A stretch of DNA of 64,000 nucleotides from Elusimicrobia bacterium HGW-Elusimicrobia-3. Its GTDB lineage: Bacteria; Elusimicrobiota; Elusimicrobia; Elusimicrobiales; UBA9959. The notes under the pieces are model-generated. The model worked only from the letters and a program-made list of their open reading frames with translations, did no database searches and had not been told where the DNA came from. Positions 38,059 through 46,883 of this stretch are shown here, piece by piece. A program made the position numbers and the translations under genes. The number at the start of each line of letters is the position of its first letter. The first letter of the stretch is position 1. Location of the stretch: the NCBI GenBank assembly GCA_002840355.1, contig PHAL01000003.1, forward strand, positions 7,808-71,807, written 5' to 3'.

Positions 38059-41000
38059 ATGAAGAAGGCCCTGCTCCTGCTGCTCCTGCTCCACCCCGCC
38101 TGCGCCACCGGCGCCGCGGCGGAGGATTTCGCACGGCCGTCCGCGGCCGGCGGCCGCTTCCTGCTGCTCGACCGGCCGGACCCGGCCGTATTGCCGGGCG
38201 TCACCGAGGTCTCCACCGCCGCCGAGGCCGGCGCGGACGAGGGCCTGCCCACCGACATGCCTTTCTCCTACAGCCCCGACTACTGGAACTCCGCGCGCGA
38301 GGCCGTGGAGACCGGCCGCTTCCGCCGGGAGCAGATAGCCCCGGCGCCGCGGGTGGAGGTCTCCACGGAGACCCCGGCCGCGCCCGAGCCGCAGGTGGAA
38401 TTCATAGAGTCCGGCACCACGCTCTCGGTCACGGGCCGCAAGGTCATCGCCGTCAACTACAGCGGCAAGCGCTATATCGCCGAGCAGACCAACTCCAGCC
38501 GCGCGCGCAGCCTGAGCCTGTTCGAGATCACGCAGCAGATGCAGGTGCGCATGCAGGGCAAGGTGGGCCAGAAGATCACCGTCAACGTAGACTACGACGA
38601 CACCAAGGTGGACAAGCAGGACATCTCCGTGGTCTACCAGGGCGACCCCAACGAGGTGGTGCAGAACGTCTCGTTCGGCGACATCGACCTGTCGCTGCCG
38701 GCCACCGAGTTCGTCAGTTACAACAAGCAGCTCTTCGGCATCAGGGCGGACCTGAAGACCCAGCGCCTGAAGTTCACTTTCGTGGGCTCGCGCACCAAGG
38801 GCGAAACCAAGACCAAGCAGTTCACCGGCAACACGCAGTTCCAGAAGGCGGACATCAGCGACATCAGCTACATGCGCCGCAAGTATTACGACCTGACTTT
38901 CGGCAACACCGCCCGCCTGCCCATCAAGAGCAATTCCGAGAAGGTCTACATCGACAGGCAGACCTCGGCCCTGGTGGACAACGTCACCGTCTTCGCGCTG
39001 GACGCCGACGACCTGGCCGTGCAGACCTCCAGTTATACCGGGCGCTTCCAGCTGCTCAACCGCGGCATAGACTACGTGATGGACTACGCCAACGGCATCC
39101 TGACTTTCAACGGCTCGCTGGACCCGGACGATGTGGTGGCCATAGACTTCCAGAACACCAACAGTTCCCTGTTGTCCGTGAACTCCTCCACCTCCACGCT
39201 GGACACCGCCGGCACCGGCCGGCTCAAGCTCCTCAAGGCCAAGGACGACATAGCCATTTCCTCCACCGCCGCGGCTTCGGAGGTCGGCTACCGGCGCGAA
39301 CTTAAAACCTATTACTCCATAGGCCAGACCAATCTGGTGCGCGACAACGGCACCGGCAACTTCTCGCTGAAGGTGCAGGACCTCAGCCATAACGACGTGG
39401 GCTCCTCGCTGAACCCGCAGCAGACCTACGCCGACAGCATCACGGTGGACTTCGAGCAGGGTATCTTCCGCCTGCTCCGCCCTTTCGGCTCCGACGCCGA
39501 CCCCAACGAGCCGGACTCCCAGGTCTACGCGGCCTCCCCCTCCTCCAGGCGGCTGTTCCACGTGGAGTACTCCTACCGTTTCAAGACTTTCATCCTGGAT
39601 TCGGGCATAGTGCTAAATTCCGAGGTGGTGCGCGTGGACGGCGCCAAGTACACCCGCAACTCCGATTACTTTATCGACTACGACTCCGGCTTCATCACCT
39701 TCTACTACCCGGAGAAGATCAACCAGGACTCCAAGATCGACATCACCTACGAGGTCTCGCAGTTCGGCGGCACCGGCAACCAGTCCATAGTGGGCGGCCG
39801 CGCCTCCTACGACTTCGGCAGCCATTTCTCGCTGGGCTCCACCATGCTCTACCAGGGCGGCATCAAGAGCAACACCGTGCCCAACGTGACCGACCTGGTC
39901 AACAGCATGCTGGTCTACGAGGGCGACGCCCAGCTCAAGGGCCTGAACCTGCTGGGCATGAAGGCCTCGCTCGGCGCGGAAGCCGCGCAGTCCAGGACCA
40001 ACCCCAACCTCAACGATTTCGCCCTGATAGACAACATGGAGGGCATCAAGCAGGACGACTCGGCGCCGATGGACAAGAACTACTGGGTGATCGCCGCCAA
40101 CCCCGTGGAAACGCCGGCCGATCCGCGCGCCGTGGTCTGGGCCAACGAGAACGTTAAGGCCAGGGAGATCAACCCGGCCTCCTCCTCCGACGGCAGCCAG
40201 CAGGTGCTGACCATAAGCTACGACTTCAATATCTCCTCCGAAGTGTCGATAGCCTACCCGCTGTCCCCGACCGGCCTGGATTTCTCGCAGAAGAAGGTGC
40301 TGGAGCTGATAGTTTACGGCCAGAACTCTCCGGGCCTGCCCGGCCCCCGGATCAACATCCACTACGGCCAGATCAACGAGGACGCCGACGGCCGCGGCGG
40401 CCAGGACTACACCTGCTCCAGCGGCCTGACCCTCTTCGACTACCCAAAGAGCGAGGACCTGAACTGCGACAGCCAGGTATCGACCAGCGAGGATATCGGC
40501 TGGCTGTACGCGCCCGAGGGCAAGACGAGCATCCGCTACGGCGCCTCCAACGGCCGGCTGGACACGCAGGACCTCAACCAGAACGGCCGCCTGGACGGGC
40601 AGAACTTTACCGGCGGCAGCTTCGGCTATGACAGTGGTTATAAATTCACGGACGCCAACGACGCCAACAATATCAAGGACGTCGTGGATTTCGCCGGCTG
40701 GCATAACCTGTCGCTGCAGCTGCCCATCACCTCCACCGACAGCTACAACTGGAACGCGATCAAGCAGGTGCGCATCTCTCTCAGCCAGGCCACGGGCGGC
40801 GCCACCAGCGGCGTCATCAGGTTCGCCCGCATCTCCGCCGTGGGCAACACCTGGGCCGTGCACGAGAGCACCACCGGCGGCAGCGTACAGCTGTCGGCCC
40901 TCAACAACATCGACAACCCCGGTTACACCCCCATCTACGACGAAGCCGGCGCGGCCGCCACCGTCTTCACTGACCTCTACGGCTCGGTCTCCGAACAGAA

Positions 41001-43389
41001 GGAGAGGACCAAATCCAGCGTGATCAGCGAGCAGACGCTCAAGATCGACTACGCGGCCGTCACCTCCACCTCCACCGGCTATGTCTACCGCACCTTCCCT
41101 CAGGCCGTGGACATCTCCCAGCACGAGACCTTGCGCTTCCTGGTCAAGAACCCCGGCGCGCCAGTCCCCAACGCCAGGTTCTTCATCCGGGCGGGCGGCG
41201 ACGCCAGCTACTTCAAGGCGGCCGTGCCGCTCGACTTCACAGGCTGGCGCCTGATAGAGATCCGGCAGGAGGACCTCAGCGGCGACTCCATCCCCGACGT
41301 GTGGACCAGCGGCTCCCCCTACGCGATCGAGATATCCTCGGCGGGCACGGCCACGCTGCAGCAGGTCTCGCAGTTCCGCGTGGGCGTGGAAGCCGCGGAC
41401 GCCGGCCCCTATTCCGGCACGGTATATTTCAACGAGCTGCACCTTAAGGACCCGATAGCCCGCACCGGCAACGCCCGCAAGGTGGAAGGCGCCTTCGAGG
41501 TGCCCGGCTGGTTCAGTTTCGGCGGCAAACACCGCTATGTCGACCGCAGCTTCCAGACCCCGGTGACGGCCGTCTCCAACCAGGACAGCGAGCAGTCCAG
41601 CGCCTACCTGAACCTGACGCGCCTGTCCTTCTTCCCGGTCAACGTCACGGCTTCGCAGCAGATCACCGTCACCCCCAACGCCGCGGCCACCGGGGCCAAT
41701 AACCTCGTCACCACGCTGCAGGAAGGCCGCGTGAAGAAGTTCGACGGCTCGGCCACCGGCAGCCTCAGCCTGGGCCCGCTGCCCAAGATCGGCCTGAACT
41801 ATACGCGCGGCATCGTCGATTACAGCCTGCTCAACCGCAAGGACGACAAGAACATCTACGCCGCCAACCTGACCTACTCGGTGCCCGGCTCGCTGTTCCT
41901 GCTGCCGCGCACCATCAACGCCAACTACGCGCTGACGCGCAGCCTGGTGGACTACGACGCCGCCAGCCTGGCCAACCCGGCCGGGCTCTACAATACCGAC
42001 GAGCGCACCGACGCCTACGGCGCCAAGCTGGCCTTCGTCCCCTGGAAGGGCTCCACCTTCAACCCGGGCTACACGCTGCAGACGGTGAAGGAGAAGAAGT
42101 CGCAGCTCGCGGACCCGACCGCCTACGAGCGCTACCCGAAGTCCATGCAGCAGACCGCGGACTTCACCTCCAACCTGCTGCTGGCGCGCTGGTTCAACCC
42201 GTCGGTCAACTACTCGGTCTCGACGATAGAGAACAACAACCTCGCCGTCACCACGGTCACCGTGGCGCGGTCCTCCCAGTCCTACACCGCCGGCGAGATC
42301 AAGACCGTCACGCGCAGCGCGCAGGGCGGGGTCAGCCTGACGCTGAGCATGAACGACCTGGCCCCGCGCAACCGCCTGCTGCGTTCCCTGGTCCTCTCCT
42401 CCAACTACCAGATCCAGGACGGCGACTCGTGGTACTACGTGGAGAAGGACTACGACGCCCGCTCCAGGCTGTGGCTGCGCGACTCTTTGGCGCCCAAGAA
42501 CCCCTTCGCGCAGCGCAACTCGCTGACGCTGCGCGACACGATGAGCTCCACGCAGCGCTGGCAGCCTTTCGAGGGCTTCGAGTTCGCGGGGCCGTCGGCC
42601 GCCCTGAAGACCCTCTCGCTGACGAACAACTTCACCAACTCGGTGCAGCGCTCCGAAGTGACGGGGACGGTCTCCAAGAGCGTCAACCGCACCTTCCCGG
42701 ACATGATACTCTCCGTCTCGCAGCTGGAGAACCTGCTGCGCGCCCGCCGCTGGGCCCAGGGAGCCACGATGAACCTGAAGTACTCGCGCAACACCAACGA
42801 GTCCAAGGGCATCTCGCTGGAGACCGCCGGCACCTATGGCATGGACCTGCGCTTCAAGCTGCTCAACGTGATGGATACGGCTTTCAGCTACAACCTGCGT
42901 CTGGGCGACAAGCGGGACCTGCGGGTGGACCAGCTCACGCAGCGCACGCGCCACGACGACGCCACCCTGCAGGGCACTTTCGACCGGGGCAAGATGCGCC
43001 TGACCCCCAAAATAGATTACGCCGCCGACGTCACCAAAGGCGCGCTGGGCGTGGTGACAGCCAACACCCGCACGATCACGCCCAGCATGCTGGTCAAGTC
43101 CGACTTCCAGATGCCCAAGGGGCTCAAGCTGCCGTTCATGAAGCAGGCGATGATCTTCACCAACCGCGTGGTCTGGACCACGACGCTGAGCTACGCCATC
43201 AAGTCGTCGCCGATCACCATCGCCGACAACAGCCGGCTGCTCTCGCTGCTCTCCAACGCCGACTACGAGGCGGCCAAGAACCTGCGCCTGGCCATCAACG
43301 TGGGCCTGCAGCGCTTCTGGCACAAGACCCTCAAGGAGGAGGAATACCTCTCCTACCAGGCGGGCAGCACGCTCACTTTCCAGTTCTAA
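38059..43389 (+). CDS. sprA: SprA/Sov-like giant outer-membrane protein (type IX secretion translocon family)
   Basis: 1776 aa with a signal peptide. 'QMQGKVGQKITVNVDYDDTK...VVQNVSFGDIDLSLP...NKQLFGIRADLKTQRLKFTFVGSRTKGETKT' parallels the conserved SprA N-terminal block as I recall it ('GK.GE...NYNTE..FDF...IEAGNVSMPL...SLFGIKT.LQFGK'). C-terminus is 'LTFQF'. Confidence 0.65.
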   Translation: MKKALLLLLLLHPACATGAAAEDFARPSAAGGRFLLLDRPDPAVLPGVTEVSTAAEAGADEGLPTDMPFSYSPDYWNSAREAVETGRFRREQIAPAPRVEVSTETPAAPEPQVEFIESGTTLSVTGRKVIAVNYSGKRYIAEQTNSSRARSLSLFEITQQMQVRMQGKVGQKITVNVDYDDTKVDKQDISVVYQGDPNEVVQNVSFGDIDLSLPATEFVSYNKQLFGIRADLKTQRLKFTFVGSRTKGETKTKQFTGNTQFQKADISDISYMRRKYYDLTFGNTARLPIKSNSEKVYIDRQTSALVDNVTVFALDADDLAVQTSSYTGRFQLLNRGIDYVMDYANGILTFNGSLDPDDVVAIDFQNTNSSLLSVNSSTSTLDTAGTGRLKLLKAKDDIAISSTAAASEVGYRRELKTYYSIGQTNLVRDNGTGNFSLKVQDLSHNDVGSSLNPQQTYADSITVDFEQGIFRLLRPFGSDADPNEPDSQVYAASPSSRRLFHVEYSYRFKTFILDSGIVLNSEVVRVDGAKYTRNSDYFIDYDSGFITFYYPEKINQDSKIDITYEVSQFGGTGNQSIVGGRASYDFGSHFSLGSTMLYQGGIKSNTVPNVTDLVNSMLVYEGDAQLKGLNLLGMKASLGAEAAQSRTNPNLNDFALIDNMEGIKQDDSAPMDKNYWVIAANPVETPADPRAVVWANENVKAREINPASSSDGSQQVLTISYDFNISSEVSIAYPLSPTGLDFSQKKVLELIVYGQNSPGLPGPRINIHYGQINEDADGRGGQDYTCSSGLTLFDYPKSEDLNCDSQVSTSEDIGWLYAPEGKTSIRYGASNGRLDTQDLNQNGRLDGQNFTGGSFGYDSGYKFTDANDANNIKDVVDFAGWHNLSLQLPITSTDSYNWNAIKQVRISLSQATGGATSGVIRFARISAVGNTWAVHESTTGGSVQLSALNNIDNPGYTPIYDEAGAAATVFTDLYGSVSEQKERTKSSVISEQTLKIDYAAVTSTSTGYVYRTFPQAVDISQHETLRFLVKNPGAPVPNARFFIRAGGDASYFKAAVPLDFTGWRLIEIRQEDLSGDSIPDVWTSGSPYAIEISSAGTATLQQVSQFRVGVEAADAGPYSGTVYFNELHLKDPIARTGNARKVEGAFEVPGWFSFGGKHRYVDRSFQTPVTAVSNQDSEQSSAYLNLTRLSFFPVNVTASQQITVTPNAAATGANNLVTTLQEGRVKKFDGSATGSLSLGPLPKIGLNYTRGIVDYSLLNRKDDKNIYAANLTYSVPGSLFLLPRTINANYALTRSLVDYDAASLANPAGLYNTDERTDAYGAKLAFVPWKGSTFNPGYTLQTVKEKKSQLADPTAYERYPKSMQQTADFTSNLLLARWFNPSVNYSVSTIENNNLAVTTVTVARSSQSYTAGEIKTVTRSAQGGVSLTLSMNDLAPRNRLLRSLVLSSNYQIQDGDSWYYVEKDYDARSRLWLRDSLAPKNPFAQRNSLTLRDTMSSTQRWQPFEGFEFAGPSAALKTLSLTNNFTNSVQRSEVTGTVSKSVNRTFPDMILSVSQLENLLRARRWAQGATMNLKYSRNTNESKGISLETAGTYGMDLRFKLLNVMDTAFSYNLRLGDKRDLRVDQLTQRTRHDDATLQGTFDRGKMRLTPKIDYAADVTKGALGVVTANTRTITPSMLVKSDFQMPKGLKLPFMKQAMIFTNRVVWTTTLSYAIKSSPITIADNSRLLSLLSNADYEAAKNLRLAINVGLQRFWHKTLKEEEYLSYQAGSTLTFQF

Positions 43390-43419
43390 TTCAAGGGGCC
43401 GCGCCGGGGCGCGGGGTTT

Positions 43420-44151
43420 ATGAAGAAGGGGACGATACAAAAAGCCGGGAAATGGCTGCTGAACGCGCTGCTGCCGCGCGCCTGCGCGCATTGCGGCACG
43501 GACCTGCATTACCTGGAGTCGGCCCCGCTGTGCCCGGCTTGCGCGGCGCGGCTGGAGCCCCTGCCGGAGCTGGTCTGCGCCGCCTGCGGCCTGCCGCTGC
43601 CCGACGGCGGCGCCACCTGCCGCGACTGCCGCGGGCGCGGCCCGGGGCAGCTGGACCTGGCGCGCTCGGCCTTCGTCTTTAACCCGGAGCTGCGCTCCCT
43701 GCTGCACTCGTTCAAGTACCGCGCCCGCGAGGACCTGGCCGCCTGGCTGGGGAGCGAGATGGCGCGCTCTTTTACCCGTTTCCCGGAGCTGGCGGATTAT
43801 TCTTTCGCGGCCGCGGTGCCGCTGCACCCGGCGCGCAGCCGGGAGCGCGGCTTCAACCAGGCCGAGCTGCTGGCCGCGGCGCTGGCGGAGCGGGCCAATT
43901 TATTCCTGCTGCGCGGGGCGGCCCGGCGGCGCAGGAACACCCCCACGCAGACCGCGCTGTCGCGCGATAAGCGCAGGGTGAACATGGCCGGGGCCTTCGA
44001 GGTGGCGGACCCGGCGCTGGTGCAAGACAGGAAGATCCTGCTGATAGACGACGTGGCCACCACGCTGTCCACGCTCGACGAGCTGGCCCGGGAGTTCCGG
44101 AAGGCCGGCGCCAAAGCAGTGGCAGCTTACACCCTAGCGCGAGAGCCGTAA
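43420..44151 (+). CDS. comF: ComF family protein (phosphoribosyltransferase domain)
   Basis: N-terminal Cys-rich zinc-finger-like 'CAHCG..CPAC..CAACG..CRDC'. C-terminal PRTase motif 'ILLIDDVATTLSTL'. Confidence 0.85.
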   Translation: MKKGTIQKAGKWLLNALLPRACAHCGTDLHYLESAPLCPACAARLEPLPELVCAACGLPLPDGGATCRDCRGRGPGQLDLARSAFVFNPELRSLLHSFKYRAREDLAAWLGSEMARSFTRFPELADYSFAAAVPLHPARSRERGFNQAELLAAALAERANLFLLRGAARRRRNTPTQTALSRDKRRVNMAGAFEVADPALVQDRKILLIDDVATTLSTLDELAREFRKAGAKAVAAYTLAREP

Positions 44152-44320
44152 GTCGGGCAGGGGCTTGGCCCCTCGCTCCTGGACTGCAGGGAACCGTTGC
44201 GCGGTTCCCCCCCGAAGCGGGGCCCCCCTTCCCCAAAGTCGCTCGGAACCAAACCCCTGCCCGCCCCGCCACACACGCGCGGAACCAGCCACCTCCCCGT
44301 CCTGACCAACTAATGTAAAA

Positions 44321-44349
44321 GAAAAAGCCGGCTTGGGAGCCGGCTTTTC
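44321..44349. terminator. Bidirectional hairpin terminator between comF and the GH13 gene
   Basis: gaaaa-agccggct(tggg)agccggct-tttcc. A/T runs flank an 8-bp stem. Confidence 0.7.
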
Positions 44350-44366
44350 CTGTTTGTGGGGCGGGG

Positions 44367-45863
44367 TTAGAATTCCACGTCGAAGATGTAGGCGGTGTAC
44401 GGGGCCATCTCCTGCAGGCGCAGGCCGCCGCTCAGGTCGGAGGTCTTGAACGAGAAGAAGCGGTCCGAGAGCTCCTCGAAGATGGCCGTGGTCTCCCCCT
44501 CGCTCTTGATCGAGACGTTGACGACGCCGCAGGAGGTTTCGCCGGAATAGTTCACGACGACTACCTTCAGCGTGCGGCGCTGCGCCCAGGCCCAGGCGAG
44601 GATATTGACGTTGGAGCGGTTCTCCTTGTCGCACTGCTTGACGTCGAGCAGCGCCCATTCGCCGCCGTGGAAGGCGGGATGGTCGGTGATCTTGAGCAGT
44701 TTGGCGTAGAACTTCTTCACTTCCAGGTCCGGGGCGCGCTCGTAGAGCTCGGTCAGCTGCAGCGGCGCCTTAATCTTCACGCCTTCCACCTGGTTGTCGT
44801 TGTAGAACCGCAGGCCCTTGATGGTGGAGACGATCACGCCGGCGGCCAGCGCCTTCTGCCGGCCGAAGGCCGTCAGCGAGGGCTGCTCGTCGTGGTTGTC
44901 GATGAAGCGCGCGGAGCGCTTCTGGTAGAGCTTCTCGGCGCGCAGGTGGCCGCGCACTTCCTGCGGGCCCTGGAAGCGCAGCCGGTCGTACGTGCCCTTG
45001 TCGTAGGTGTAGTCGAAGCCTATCTGCTGCACGCGCCATTCCAGGCCCCAATAGACCTCGGCGAGGAAAGTGAACTGCGGGTGCTTTTCTTTAATGGTCC
45101 GGATGGCGCTCTCCCAGAATTCCTCCTGGGGGCGCTTGTAGCCGCTGCGCCCGAGCAGCCAGCCCCAGGTGCCTTCGTGGATCTCGTTCAAGGTCAGCAT
45201 CACCATGTCGCAGCGCACGCCGTCGGCCATGTCGGCGATGCGCAGCAGCACGCTGAGCATGCGGTCGCGCGTCGCCTGGTTGAAATAGTTGAGCTGCGCG
45301 CTGTCGGTCCAGGCCGGGAAGTTCGGGTCCCGGCCGTAGGCTATGTAGCGCTTGCTATCTCCGTCGGGCAGTTCGAAGAACCAGTCGGGGTGCGCGCGAA
45401 AATCCTCTTCGGTTCCGTTGATGAAGCAGTCGGGGCATTCCTTGATATACGGGTTATCCCTGGAGGTGTGATTGGAGACCAGGTCCACCATCAGTTTCAT
45501 GCCCATCGAGTTGAGCTTTTCCTTGAGGGCCTTCAGCTCCCATTCGAAGCCCAGCTCGGGGTTCAGCCGGTACCAGTGCACGGAATAAGGGGAGGAGCCG
45601 ATGGCCTCGGGGCCGAAACCGGGCGGGAGGTTCCTGACCTCTTCGAGCAGGGCGGCGTCGGTGCGGGCGATGCGCTCGGATTCGGGGCTGGGCTCCCACA
45701 CGCCTATCAGCCAGACGATGTCGAAACCGAGGTGGCGCAGCTGCAGCCACTCGTCATCCGGCACGGAGGAGAGCGTCATCTCCGGCAGGGAGTACTTGGC
45801 CCTCAGCTGTTTCAGCCAGAGCCTGGTATTGATCTCTATCAAGTGCGGGTTTGAGCGAAGCAC
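44367..45863 (-). CDS. GH13 alpha-amylase family glycoside hydrolase (cytoplasmic)
   Basis: All four GH13 conserved regions are visible: 'DLVSNHTS', 'GVRCDMVM', 'LAEVYWG', 'FIDNHDE'. No signal peptide. Confidence 0.85.
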   Translation of the reverse strand: MLRSNPHLIEINTRLWLKQLRAKYSLPEMTLSSVPDDEWLQLRHLGFDIVWLIGVWEPSPESERIARTDAALLEEVRNLPPGFGPEAIGSSPYSVHWYRLNPELGFEWELKALKEKLNSMGMKLMVDLVSNHTSRDNPYIKECPDCFINGTEEDFRAHPDWFFELPDGDSKRYIAYGRDPNFPAWTDSAQLNYFNQATRDRMLSVLLRIADMADGVRCDMVMLTLNEIHEGTWGWLLGRSGYKRPQEEFWESAIRTIKEKHPQFTFLAEVYWGLEWRVQQIGFDYTYDKGTYDRLRFQGPQEVRGHLRAEKLYQKRSARFIDNHDEQPSLTAFGRQKALAAGVIVSTIKGLRFYNDNQVEGVKIKAPLQLTELYERAPDLEVKKFYAKLLKITDHPAFHGGEWALLDVKQCDKENRSNVNILAWAWAQRRTLKVVVVNYSGETSCGVVNVSIKSEGETTAIFEELSDRFFSFKTSDLSGGLRLQEMAPYTAYIFDVEF

Positions 45864-45935
45864 GGGACCTCTCGTTTTGTCGCCAATATCTAAGGGAACT
45901 CCCCCGAGGAATTATATCAAATGAAGCGCCGGGAT

Positions 45936-46883
45936 TTAATGCCCCGCGTCCGCTTCAGCGCCGCCGCCCAGCCAGTACCGGGCGAGTTTCAGGGTCACCA
46001 CGCCGAAGATGATCATCAGCGCCACGCCGGCCAGCACCACGCGCCAGGCCCAGTAGGACACCTTGCGCGCCGGCAGGTCGGCCGCGTCGATGATCTCGTA
46101 GGTCCACCACCTGGAACCGGCCACGTTGGAAACGGAGACCAGGAAGGTACGGCCGCGGAAATTAACTTCGCTGGAGAAATTCTGAAGCTCGCGCGTGGAC
46201 GCCAGCGAGAGCAGCTTCAGCACTTCGGCGGGCGCCTTCAGGCCGGGCTTCATGATGGAGGCGCTCTCGGAGTCGGCTATCACCTGCCCCCCCATGTCCA
46301 CGAGGCCCAGGTTGCCGTAGGAGTTGCGCCCCATCATGCGCACTATCTCTCCGAGGTAGGCAAGGCTAAGCCGGCCTGCGAGGTAGTAGGCGGGGGCGCC
46401 GTTCTTGAGGAGCGGCTCGGCGAGCACCAGCGCCGGCGGCGTATACTCGCCGTACTCCACGGCCCCGGCGGGCGCCAGCGTACGCCGGGCCTCGGCCAGT
46501 GACGGGCTGCCTGAATAACTGAGCCTGGATTTAACGCTCTTATCGGCCGCGTAGCGGGCCAGCTCGCCGCCGGAGGGGCCCAGCAGGGACAGCTCGGAAT
46601 AGATGAAAGGGTTCTCCTTCACCAGGCCGGCAAGACGCGTCTTGAGCGCCGCCGCCCCGGCCGAGGCCCCCGTACCGGCCGCGCGGGAGAGGTTGTAGTT
46701 AAGGCTGAGCACGTCCGAAATTATCCCGGACCCGGTCAGCGTGCGGAGCTCCAGGTACCGCAGCATATCGTTGCGCCGCAGCTCGGCCTCGCCGCGTATG
46801 AAATGCATGCTGAGTATGAGGAACGGGATCAGGAAAAGCCCCGTTACGGTGAAGACGAACTTGTACTTGTTGTTTAGGTTCAT
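45936..46883 (-). CDS. Membrane protein with periplasmic Cache-like sensor domain and no output domain
   Basis: N-terminal TM, ~250-aa extracytoplasmic region with a Cache-like pattern ('...LGLVDMGGQVIADSE...'), and a C-terminal TM followed by only ~12 residues. Confidence 0.55.
   Translation of the reverse strand: MNLNNKYKFVFTVTGLFLIPFLILSMHFIRGEAELRRNDMLRYLELRTLTGSGIISDVLSLNYNLSRAAGTGASAGAAALKTRLAGLVKENPFIYSELSLLGPSGGELARYAADKSVKSRLSYSGSPSLAEARRTLAPAGAVEYGEYTPPALVLAEPLLKNGAPAYYLAGRLSLAYLGEIVRMMGRNSYGNLGLVDMGGQVIADSESASIMKPGLKAPAEVLKLLSLASTRELQNFSSEVNFRGRTFLVSVSNVAGSRWWTYEIIDAADLPARKVSYWAWRVVLAGVALMIIFGVVTLKLARYWLGGGAEADAGH

Noticed and set aside
39613-43827. 1,404-aa ORF on the minus strand, antisense to the SprA-like gene and the comF start
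   Set aside because: Another GC-driven antisense ORF. Its composition is Gly/Ala/Arg/Val-rich, it has no signal peptide or domain signature, and it spans an intergenic region and two real genes.
44152-44320. Possible fourth copy of the ~145-nt repeat family
   Set aside because: It shares only a short 'agtcggg'-like string. None of the three ordered conserved blocks (including acgcaagcctc and cacaccgtg) is present on either strand.
45921-46502. 193-aa plus-strand ORF starting right after an aattatatc box
   Set aside because: It is antisense to the Cache-like membrane protein gene and its product is Gly/His/Arg-rich. The AT-rich box reads as TGATATAAT on the minus strand, so it more plausibly serves the GH13 gene.
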